Source: Eledone cirrhosa
Taxonomy: Eukaryota
Direction of reading: 5' to 3'
Assembly: GCA_964016885.1 (NCBI GenBank)
Contig: OZ024747.1
Coordinates: forward strand, 35,154,001-35,218,000
DNA length: 64,000 nucleotides
Part shown: positions 1 through 13,281 of the stretch, in pieces
How positions within the stretch are numbered: position 1 is the stretch's first letter
Layout of the letters: every line of letters starts with the position of its first letter
The notes under the pieces: generated by a model
The model's database searches: none
What the model saw: only the letters and a program-made list of their open reading frames with translations
What the model was told of the DNA's origin: nothing
Made by a program: the position numbers and the translations under genes

Positions 1-1977
1 CTCCAGTATCACTGTTACTGCAACACAAATATACTAATGTCTTTACTCCAGTATCACTGTTACTGCAACACAAATAAACTAAGGTCTTTACTCCAGTATC
101 ACTGTTACTGCAACACAAATAAACTAAGGTCTTTGCTCCAGTATCACTGTTACTGCAACACAAATAAACTAAGGTCTTTACTGCAGTATCACTGTTACTG
201 CAACACAAATAAACTAATGTCTTTGCTCCAGTATCACTATTAGTGCAACACAAATAAACTAATGTCTTTACTCCAGTATCACTGTTACTGCAACACAAAT
301 AAACTAATGTCTTTGCTCCAGTATCACTATTAGTGCAACACAAATAAACTAATGGCTTTACTCCAGTATCACTGTTACTGCAACACAAATAAACTAATGT
401 CTTTGCTCCAGTATCACTGTTACTGCAACACAAATAAACTAATGACTTTACTGCAGTATCACTGTTACTGCAACACAAATAAACTAATGTCTTTACTCCA
501 GTATCACTGTTACTGCAACACAAATAAACTAATGTCTTTACTGCAGTATCACTGTTACTGCAACACAAATACACTAAGGTCTTTACTCCAGTATCACTAT
601 TACTGCAACACAAATAAACTAATGTCTTTACTGCAGTATCACTGTTACTGCAACACAAATAAACTAATGTCTTTACTCCAGTATCACTGTTACTGCAACA
701 CAAATAAACTAAGGTCTTTAATCCAGTATCACTGTTACTGCAACACAAATAAACTAATGTATTTACTCCAGTATCACTGTTACTGCAACACAAATAAACT
801 AATGTCTTTACTCCAGTATCACTGTTACTGCAACACAAATAAAGTAATGTCTTTACTCCAGTATCACTGTTACTGCAACACAAATAAACTAATGTCTTTA
901 CTCCAGTATCACTATTACTGCAACACAAGTAAACTAATGTCTTTACTCCAGTATCACTATTATTACTGCAACACAAATAAACTGATGTCTTTACTCCAGT
1001 ATCACTATTACTGCAACACAAATAAACTAATGTCTGTACTCCAGTATCACTGTTAGTGCAACACAAATAAACTAATGTCTTTATTCCAGTATCACTATTA
1101 CTGCAACACAAATAAACTAATGTCTTTACTACAGTATGACTATTACTGCAACACAAATAAACTAATGTCTTTACTCCAGTATCACTATTACTGCAACACA
1201 AATAAACTAATGTCTTTACTCCAGTATCACTGTTACTGCAACACAAATAAACTAATGTCTTTACTCCAGTATCACTGTTACTGCAACACAAATAAACTAA
1301 TGTCTTTACTCCAGTATCACTGTTACTGCAACACAAATAAACTAATGTCTTTACTCCAGTATCACTATTACTGCAACACAAATAAACTAATGTCTTTACT
1401 CCAGTATCACTATTATTACTGCAACACAAATAAACTAATGTCTTTACTCCAGTATCACTATTACTGCAACACAAATAAACTAATGTCTGTACTCCAGTAT
1501 CACTGTTAGTGCAACACAAATAAACTAATGTCTTTATTCCAGTATCACTATTACTGCAACACAAATAAACTAATGTATTTACTACAGTATCACTATTACT
1601 GCAACACAAATAAACTAATGTCTTTACTCCAGTATCACTATTACTGCAACACAAATAAACTAATGTCTTTACTCCAGTATCACTGTTACTGCAACACAAA
1701 TAAACTAATGTCTTTTCTCCAGTATCACTGTTAATGCAACACAAATAAACTAATGTCTTTACTCCAGTATCACTATTACTGCAACACAAATAAACTAATG
1801 TCTGTACTCCAGTATCACTGTTAGTGCAACACAAATAAACTAATGTCTTTATTCCAGTATCACTATTACTGCAACACAAATAAACTAATGTCTTTACTAC
1901 AGTATGACTATTACAGCAACACAAATAAACTAATGTCTTTGCTCCAGTATCACTATTACTGCAACACAAATAAACTA

Positions 1978-4900
1978 ATGTCTTTACTCCAGTATCACTG
2001 TTACTGCAACGCAAATAAACTAATGTCTTTTCTCCAGTATCACTATTACTGCAACACAAATAAACTAATGTCTGTACTCCAGTATCACTGTTACTGCAAC
2101 ACAAATAAACTAATGTCTTTACTCCAGTATCACTGTTACTGCAACACAAATAAACTAATGTCTTTGCTCCAATATCACTGTTACTGCAACACGAATAAAC
2201 TAATGTCTTTACTCCAGTATCACTGTTACTGCAACACAAATAAACTAATGTCTTTACTCCAGTATCACTGTTACTGCAGCACAAATAAACCAATGTCTTT
2301 ACTCCAGTATCACTGTTACTGCAACACAAATAAACTAATGTCTTTGCTCCAGTATCACTGTTACTGCAACACAAATAAACTAATGTCTTTGCTCCAGTAT
2401 CACTGTTACTGCAACACAAATAAACTAATGTCTTTGCTCCAGTATCACTGTTACTGCAACACAAATAAACTAATGTCTTTGCTCCAGTATCACTGTTACT
2501 GCAACACAAATAAACTAATGTCTTTGCTCCAGTATCACTGTTACTGCAACACAAATAAACTAATGTCTTTACTCCAGTATCACTGTTACTGCAACACAAA
2601 TAAACTAATGTCTTTGCTCCAGTATCACTGTTACTGCAACACAAATAAACTAATGTCTTTGCTCCAGTATCACTGTTACTGCAACACAAATAAACTAATG
2701 TCTTTGCTCCAGTATCACTGTTACTGCAACACAAATAAAATAATGTCTTTGCTCCAGTATCACTGTTACTGCAGCACAAATAAACCAATGTGTTTACTCC
2801 AGTATCACTGTTACTGCAACACAAATAAAGTAAGGTCTTTGCTCCAGTATCACTGTTACTGCAACACAGATAAAATAATGCCTTTACTCCAGTATCACTA
2901 TTATTACTGCAACACAAATAAACTAATGTCTTTGCTCCAGTATCACTGTTACTGCAACACAAATAAACTAATGTCTTTATTCCAGTATCACTATTACTGC
3001 AACACAAATAAAGTAATGTCTGTACTCCAGTATCACTGTTACTGCAACACAAATAAACTAATGTCTTTATTCCAGTATCACTATTACTGCAACACAAATA
3101 AACTAATGTCTTTACTCCAGTATGACTATTACTGCAACACAAATAAACTAATGTCTTTACTCCAGTATGACTATTACTGCAACACAAATAAACTAATATC
3201 TTTACTCCAGTATGACTATTACTGCAACACAAATAAACTAACGTCTTTACTCCAGTATCACTGTTACTGCAACACAAATAAACTAATGTATTTACTCCAG
3301 TATCACTGTTACTGCAACACAAATAAACTAATGTCTTTGCTCCAGTATCACTGTTACTGCAACACAAATAAACTAATGTATTTACTCCAGTATCAATGTT
3401 ACTGCAACACAAATAAACTAATGTCTTTGCTCCAGTATCACTGTTACTGCAACACAAATAAACTAATGTCTTTGCTCCAGTATCACTATTACTGCAACAC
3501 AAATAAACTAATGTATTTACTCCAGTATCACTGTTACTGCAACACAAATAAACTAATGTCTTTGCTCTAGTATCACTGTTACTGCAACACAAATAAACTA
3601 ATGTATTTACTCCAGTATCACTGTTACTGCAACACAAATAAACAAATGTCTTTGCTCCAGTATCACTGTTACTGCAACACAAATAAACTAAGGTCTTTAC
3701 TCCAGTATCACTGTTACTGCAACACAAATATACTAATGTCTTTACTCCAGTATCACTGTTACTGCAACACAAATAAACTAAGGTCTTTACTCCAGTATCA
3801 CTGTTACTGCAACACAAATAAACTAAGGTCTTTGCTCCAGTATCACTGTTACTGCAACACAAATAAACTAAGGTCTTTACTGCAGTATCACTGTTACTGC
3901 AACACAAATAAACTAATGTCTTTGCTCCAGTATCACTATTAGTGCAACACAAATAAACTAATGTCTTTACTCCAGTATCACTGTTACTGCAACACAAATA
4001 AACTAATGTCTTTGCTCCAGTATCACTATTAGTGCAACACAAATAAACTAATGGCTTTACTCCAGTATCACTGTTACTGCAACACAAATAAACTAATGTC
4101 TTTGCTCCAGTATCACTGTTACTGCAACACAAATAAACTAATGACTTTACTGCAGTATCACTGTTACTGCAACACAAATAAACTAATGTCTTTACTCCAG
4201 TATCACTGTTACTGCAACACAAATAAACTAATGTCTTTACTGCAGTATCACTGTTACTGCAACACAAATAAACTAAGGTCTTTACTCCAGTATCACTATT
4301 ACTGCAACACAAATAAACTAATGTCTTTACTGCAGTATCACTGTTACTGCAACACAAATAAACTAATGTCTTTACTCCAGTATCACTGTTACTGCAACAC
4401 AAATAAACTAAGGTCTTTAATCCAGTATCACTGTTACTGCAACACAAATAAACTAATGTATTTACTCCAGTATCACTGTTACTGCAACACAAATAAACTA
4501 ATGTCTTTACTCCAGTATCACTGTTACTGCAACACAAATAAACTAATGTCTTTACTCCAGTATCACTGTTACTGCAACACAAATAAACTAATGTCTTTAC
4601 TCCAGTATCACTATTACTGCAACACAAATAAACTAATGTCTGTACTCCAGTATCACTGTTAGTGCAACACAAATAAACTAATGGCTTTACTCCAGTATCA
4701 CTGTTACTGCAACACACATAAACTAATGTCTTTGCTCCAGTATCACTGTTACTGCCACACAAATAAACTAATGACTTTACTGCAGTATCACTGTTACTGC
4801 AACACAAATAAACTAATGTCTTTACTCCAGTATCACTGTTACTGCAACACAAATAAACTAATGTCTTTACTCCAGTATCACTGTTACTGCAACACAAATA

Positions 4901-7900
4901 AACTAATGTCTTTACTCCAGTATCACTATTACTGCAACACAAATAAACTAATGTCTGTACTCCAGTATCACTGTTAGTGCAACACAAATAAACTAATGGC
5001 TTTACTCCAGTATCACTGTTACTGCAACACACATAAACTAATGTCTTTGCTCCAGTATCACTGTTACTGCCACACAAATAAACTAATGACTTTACTGCAG
5101 TATCACTGTTACAGCAACACAAATAAACTAATGTCTTTGCTCCAGTATCACTATTACTGCAACACAAATATACTAATGTCTTTACTCCAGTATCACTGTT
5201 ACTGCAACACAAATAAACTAAGGTCTTTACTCCAGTATCACTGTTACTGCAACACAAATAAACTAAGGTCTTTGCTCCAGTATCACTGTTACTGCAACAC
5301 AAATAAACTAAGGTCTTTACTGCAGTATCACTGTTACTGCAACACAAATAAACTAATGTCTTTGCTCCAGTATCACTATTAGTGCAACACAAATAAACTA
5401 ATGTCTTTACTCCAGTATCACTGTTACTGCAACACAAATAAACTAATGTCTTTGCTCCAGTATCACTATTAGTGCAACACAAATAAACTAATGGCTTTAC
5501 TCCAGTATCACTGTTACTGCAACACAAATAAACTAATGTCTTTGCTCCAGTATCACTGTTACTGCAACACAAATAAACTAATGACTTTACTGCAGTATCA
5601 CTGTTACTGCAACACAAATAAACTAATGTCTTTACTCCAGTATCACTGTTACTGCAACACAAATAAACTAATGTCTTTACTGCAGTATCACTGTTACTGC
5701 AACACAAATAAACTAAGGTCTTTACTCCAGTATCACTATTACTGCAACACAAATAAACTAATGTCTTTACTGCAGTATCACTGTTACTGCAACACAAATA
5801 AACTAATGTCTTTACTCCAGTATCACTGTTACTGCAACACAAATAAACTAAGGTCTTTAATCCAGTATCACTGTTACTGCAACACAAATAAACTAATGTC
5901 TTTACTCCAGTATCACTGTTACTGCAACGCAAATAAACTAATGTCTTTTCTCCAGTATCACTATTACTGCAACACAAATAAACTAATGTCTGTACTCCAG
6001 TATCACTGTTACTGCAACACAAATAAACTAATGTCTTTACTCCAGTATCACTGTTACTGCAACACAAATAAACTAATGTCTTTGCTCCAGTATCACTGTT
6101 ACTGCAACACAAATAAACTAATGTCTTTACTCCAGTATCACTGTTACTGCAACACAAATAAACTAATGTCTTTACTCCAGTATCACTGTTACTGCAGCAC
6201 AAATAAACCAATGTCTTTACTCCAGTATCACTGTTACTGCAACACAAATAAACTAATGTCTTTGCTCCAGTATCACTGTTACTGCAACACAAATAAACTA
6301 ATGTCTTTGCTCCAGTATCACTGTTACTGCAACACAAATAAACTAATGTCTTTGCTCCAGTATCACTGTTACTGCAACACAAATAAACTAATGTCTTTGC
6401 TCCAGTATCACTGTTACTGCAACACAAATAAACTAATGTCTTTGCTCCAGTATCACTGTTACTGCAACACAAATAAACTAATGTCTTTACTCCAGTATCA
6501 CTGTTACTGCAACACAAATAAACTAATGTCTTTGCTCCAGTATCACTGTTACTGCAACACAAATAAACTAATGTCTTTGCTCCAGTATCACTGTTACTGC
6601 AACACAAATAAACTAATGTCTTTGCTCCAGTATCACTGTTACTGCAACACAAATAAAATAATGTCTTTGCTCCAGTATCACTGTTACTGCAGCACAAATA
6701 AACCAATGTGTTTACTCCAGTATCACTGTTACTGCAACACAAATAAAGTAAGGTCTTTGCTCCAGTATCACTGTTACTGCAACACAGATAAAATAATGCC
6801 TTTACTCCAGTATCACTATTATTACTGCAACACAAATAAACTAATGTCTTTGCTCCAGTATCACTGTTACTGCAACACAAATAAACTAATGTCTTTATTC
6901 CAGTATCACTATTACTGCAACACAAATAAAGTAATGTCTGTACTCCAGTATCACTGTTACTGCAACACAAATAAACTAATGTCTTTATTCCAGTATCACT
7001 ATTACTGCAACACAAATAAACTAATGTCTTTACTCCAGTATGACTATTACTGCAACACAAATAAACTAATGTCTTTACTCCAGTATGACTATTACTGCAA
7101 CACAAATAAACTAATATCTTTACTCCAGTATGACTATTACTGCAACACAAATAAACTAACGTCTTTACTCCAGTATCACTGTTACTGCAACACAAATAAA
7201 CTAATGTATTTACTCCAGTATCACTGTTACTGCAACACAAATAAACTAATGTCTTTGCTCCAGTATCACTGTTACTGCAACACAAATAAACTAATGTATT
7301 TACTCCAGTATCAATGTTACTGCAACACAAATAAACTAATGTCTTTGCTCCAGTATCACTGTTACTGCAACACAAATAAACTAATGTCTTTGCTCCAGTA
7401 TCACTATTACTGCAACACAAATAAACTAATGTATTTACTCCAGTATCACTGTTACTGCAACACAAATAAACTAATGTCTTTGCTCTAGTATCACTGTTAC
7501 TGCAACACAAATAAACTAATGTATTTACTCCAGTATCACTGTTACTGCAACACAAATAAACAAATGTCTTTGCTCCAGTATCACTGTTACTGCAACACAA
7601 ATAAACTAAGGTCTTTACTCCAGTATCACTGTTACTGCAACACAAATATACTAATGTCTTTACTCCAGTATCACTGTTACTGCAACACAAATAAACTAAG
7701 GTCTTTACTCCAGTATCACTGTTACTGCAACACAAATAAACTAAGGTCTTTGCTCCAGTATCACTGTTACTGCAACACAAATAAACTAAGGTCTTTACTG
7801 CAGTATCACTGTTACTGCAACACAAATAAACTAATGTCTTTGCTCCAGTATCACTATTAGTGCAACACAAATAAACTAATGTCTTTACTCCAGTATCACT

Positions 7901-9813
7901 GTTACTGCAACACAAATAAACTAATGTCTTTGCTCCAGTATCACTATTAGTGCAACACAAATAAACTAATGGCTTTACTCCAGTATCACTGTTACTGCAA
8001 CACAAATAAACTAATGTCTTTGCTCCAGTATCACTGTTACTGCAACACAAATAAACTAATGACTTTACTGCAGTATCACTGTTACTGCAACACAAATAAA
8101 CTAATGTCTTTACTCCAGTATCACTGTTACTGCAACACAAATAAACTAATGTCTTTACTGCAGTATCACTGTTACTGCAACACAAATAAACTAAGGTCTT
8201 TACTCCAGTATCACTATTACTGCAACACAAATAAACTAATGTCTTTACTGCAGTATCACTGTTACTGCAACACAAATAAACTAATGTCTTTACTCCAGTA
8301 TCACTGTTACTGCAACACAAATAAACTAAGGTCTTTAATCCAGTATCACTGTTACTGCAACACAAATAAACTAATGTATTTACTCCAGTATCACTGTTAC
8401 TGCAACACAAATAAACTAATGTCTTTACTCCAGTATCACTGTTACTGCAACACAAATAAACTAATGTCTTTACTCCAGTATCACTGTTACTGCAACACAA
8501 ATAAACTAATGTCTTTACTCCAGTATCACTATTACTGCAACACAAATAAACTAATGTCTGTACTCCAGTATCACTGTTAGTGCAACACAAATAAACTAAT
8601 GGCTTTACTCCAGTATCACTGTTACTGCAACACACATAAACTAATGTCTTTGCTCCAGTATCACTGTTACTGCCACACAAATAAACTAATGACTTTACTG
8701 CAGTATCACTGTTACTGCAACACAAATAAACTAATGTCTTTACTCCAGTATCACTGTTACTGCAACACAAATAAACTAATGTCTTTACTCCAGTATCACT
8801 GTTACTGCAACACAAATAAACTAATGTCTTTACTCCAGTATCACTATTACTGCAACACAAATAAACTAATGTCTGTACTCCAGTATCACTGTTAGTGCAA
8901 CACAAATAAACTAATGGCTTTACTCCAGTATCACTGTTACTGCAACACACATAAACTAATGTCTTTGCTCCAGTATCACTGTTACTGCCACACAAATAAA
9001 CTAATGACTTTACTGCAGTATCACTGTTACAGCAACACAAATAAACTAATGTCTTTGCTCCAGTATCACTATTACTGCAACACAAATATACTAATGTCTT
9101 TACTCCAGTATCACTGTTACTGCAACACAAATAAACTAAGGTCTTTACTCCAGTATCACTGTTACTGCAACACAAATAAACTAAGGTCTTTGCTCCAGTA
9201 TCACTGTTACTGCAACACAAATAAACTAAGGTCTTTACTGCAGTATCACTGTTACTGCAACACAAATAAACTAATGTCTTTGCTCCAGTATCACTATTAG
9301 TGCAACACAAATAAACTAATGTCTTTACTCCAGTATCACTGTTACTGCAACACAAATACACTAATGTCTTTGCTCCAGTATCACTATTAGTGCAACACAA
9401 ATAAACTAATGGCTTTACTCCAGTATCACTGTTACTGCAACACAAATAAACTAATGTCTTTGCTCCAGTATCACTGTTACTGCAACACAAATAAACTAAT
9501 GACTTTACTGCAGTATCACTGTTACTGCAACACAAATAAACTAATGTCTTTACTCCAGTATCACTGTTACTGCAACACAAATAAACTAATGTCTTTACTG
9601 CAGTATCACTGTTACTGCAACACAAATAAACTAAGGTCTTTACTCCAGTATCACTATTACTGCAACACAAATAAACTAATGTCTTTACTGCAGTATCACT
9701 GTTACTGCAACACAAATAAACTAATGTCTTTACTCCAGTATCACTGTTACTGCAACACAAATAAACTAAGGTCTTTAATCCAGTATCACTGTTACTGCAA
9801 CACAAATAAACTA
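1978..9813. repeat. Tandem block duplication, 2 x 3918 bp (87 monomers + 3 bp)
   Basis: Rare variants and ORF boundaries recur at +3918 (3570/7488, 3601/7519, 4051/7969, 4681/8599, 4996/8914, 5491/9409). By eye I found differences only at 2172, 2193 and 9359. Confidence 0.92.
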
Positions 9814-12800
9814 ATGTATTTACTCCAGTATCACTGTTACTGCAACACAAATAAACTAATGTCTTTACTCCAGTATCACTGTTACTGCAACACAAATAAA
9901 CTAATGTCTTTACTCCAGTATCACTGTTACTGCAACACAAATAAACTAATGTCTTTACTCCAGTATCACTATTACTGCAACACAAATAAACTAATGTCTG
10001 TACTCCAGTATCACTGTTAGTGCAACACAAATAAACTAATGGCTTTACTCCAGTATCACTGTTACTGCAACACACATAAACTAATGTCTTTGCTCCAGTA
10101 TCACTGTTACTGCCACACAAATAAACTAATGACTTTACTGCAGTATCACTGTTACTGCAACACAAATAAACTAATGTCTTTACTCCAGTATCACTGTTAC
10201 TGCAACACAAATAAACTAATGTCTTTACTGCAGTATCACTGTTACTGCAACACAAATAAACTAAGGTCTTTACTCCAGTATCACTATTACTGCAACACAA
10301 ATAAACTAATGTCTTTACTGCAGTATCACTGTTACTGCAACACAAATAAACTAATGTCTTTACTCCAGTATCACTGTTACTGCAACACAAATAAACTAAG
10401 GTCTTTAATCCAGTATCACTGTTACTGCAACACAAATAAACTAATGTATTTACTCCAGTATCACTGTTACTGCAACACAAATAAACTAATGTCTTTACTC
10501 CAGTATCACTGTTACTGCAACACAAATAAACTAATGTCTTTACTCCAGTATCACTGTTACTGCAACACAAATAAACTAATGTCTTTACTCCAGTATCACT
10601 ATTACTGCAACACAAATAAACTAATGTCTTTACTCCAGTATCACTATTATTACTGCAACACAAATAAACTAATGTCTTTACTCCAGTATCACTATTACTG
10701 CAACACAAATAAACTAATGTCTGTACTCCAGTATCACTGTTAGTGCAACACAAATAAACTAATGTCTTTATTCCAGTATCACTATTACTGCAACACAAAT
10801 AAACTAATGTCTTTACTACAGTATGACTATTACTGCAACACAAATAAACTAATGTCTTTACTCCAGTATCACTATTACTGCAACACAAATAAACTAATGT
10901 CTTTACTCCAGTATCACTGTTACTGCAACACAAATAAACTAATGTCTTTTCTCCAGTATCACTGTTACTGCAACACAAATAAACTAATGTCTTTACTCCA
11001 GTATCACTATTAGTGCAACACAAATAAACTAATGGCTGTACTCCAGTATCACTGTTAGTGCAACACAAATAAACTAATGTCTTTATTCCAGTATCACTAT
11101 TACTGCAACACAAATAAACTAATGTCTTTACTACAGTATGACTATTACAGCAACACAAATAAACTAATGTCTTTGCTCCAGTATCACTATTACTGCAACA
11201 CAAATAAACTAATGTCTTTACTCCAGTATCACTGTTACTGCAACGCAAATAAACTAATGTCTTTTCTCCAGTATCACTGTTACTGCAACACAAATAAACT
11301 AATGTCTTTACTCCAGTATCACTGTTACTGCAACACAAATAAAATAATGTCTTTACTCCAGTATCACTGTTACTGCAACACAAATAAAATAATGTCTTTA
11401 CTCCAGTATCACTGTTACTGCAACACAAATAAACTAATGTCTTTACTCCAGTATCACTATTATTACTGCAACACAAATAAACTAATGTCTTTACTCCAGT
11501 ATCACTATTACTGCAACACAAATAAACTAATGTCTGTACTCCAGTATCACTGTTAGTGCAACACAAATAAACTAATGTCTTTGTTCCAGTATCACTATTA
11601 CTGCAACACAAATAAACTAATGTCTTTACAACAGTATGACTATTACTGCAACACAAATAAACTAATGTCTTTACTCCAGTATCACTATTACTGCACACAA
11701 ATAAACTAATGTCTTTACTCCAGTATCACTATTACTGCACACAAATAAACTAATGTCTTTGCTCCAGTATCACTATTACTGCAACACAAATAAACTAATG
11801 TCTTTACTCCAGTATCACTGTTACTGCAACACAAATAAACTAATGGCTTTGCTCTAGTATCACTGTTACTGCAACACATATAAACTAATGTCTTTACTCC
11901 AGTATCACTGTTACTGCAACACAAATAAACTAATGTCTTTACTCCAGTATCACTATTACTGCACACAAATAAACTAATGTCTTTGCTCCAGTATCACTAT
12001 TACGGCAACACAAATAAACTAATGTCTTTACTCCAGTATCACTGTTACTGCAACACGAATAAACTAATGTCTTTACTCCAGTATCACTATTACTGCAACA
12101 CAAATAAACTAATGTCTTTACTCCAGTATCACTGTTACTGCAACACAAATAAACTAATGTCTTTACTCCAGTATCACTATTACTGCAACACAAATAAACT
12201 AATGTCTTTACTCCAGTATCACTGTTACTGCAACACAAATAAACTAATGTCTTTGCTCCAGTATCACTATTACTGCAACACAAATAAACTAATGTCTTTA
12301 CTCCAGTATCACTGTTACTGCAACACAAATAAACTAATGGCTTTGCTCTAGTATCACTGTTACTGCAACACAAATAAACTAATGTCTTTACTCCAGTATC
12401 ACTGTTACTGCAACACAAATAAACTAATGTCTTTACTCCAGTATCACTATTACTGCAACACAAATAAACTAATGTCTTTGCTCCAGTATCACTATTACTG
12501 CAACACAAATAAACTAATGTCTTTACTCCAGTATCACTGTTAGTGCAACACAAATAAACTAATGTCTTTACTCCAGTATCACTATTACTGCAACACAAAT
12601 AAACTAATGTCTTTACTCCAGTATCACTGTTACTGCAACACAAATAAACTAATGTCTTTACTCCAGTATCACTATTACTGCAACACAAATAAACTAATGT
12701 CTTTACTCCAGTATCACTGTTACTGCAACACAAATAAACTAATGTCTTTACTCCAGTATCACTATTACTGCAACACAAATAAACTAATGTCTTTACTCCA

Positions 12801-13281
12801 GTATCACTGTTACTGCAACACAAATAAACTAATGTCTTTACTCCAGTATCACTGTTACTGCAACACAAATAAACTAAGGTCTTTACTCCAGTATCACTGT
12901 TACTACAACACAAATAAACTAAGGTCTTTGCTCCAGTATCACTGTTACTGCAACACAAATAAACTAAGGTCTTTACTGCAGAATCACTGTTACTGCAACA
13001 CAAATAAAATAATGTCTTTGCTCCAGTATCACTATTAGTGCAACACAAATAAACTAATGTCTTTACTCCAGTATCACTGTTACTGCAACACAAATAAACT
13101 AATGTCTTTGCTCCAGTATCACTATTAGTGCAACACAAATAAACTAATGGCTTTACTCCAGTATCACTGTTACTGCAACACAAATAAACTAATGTCTTTG
13201 CTCCAGTATCACTGTTACTGCAACACAAATAAACTAATGTCTTTACTGCAGTATCACTGTTACTGCAACACAAATAAACTA

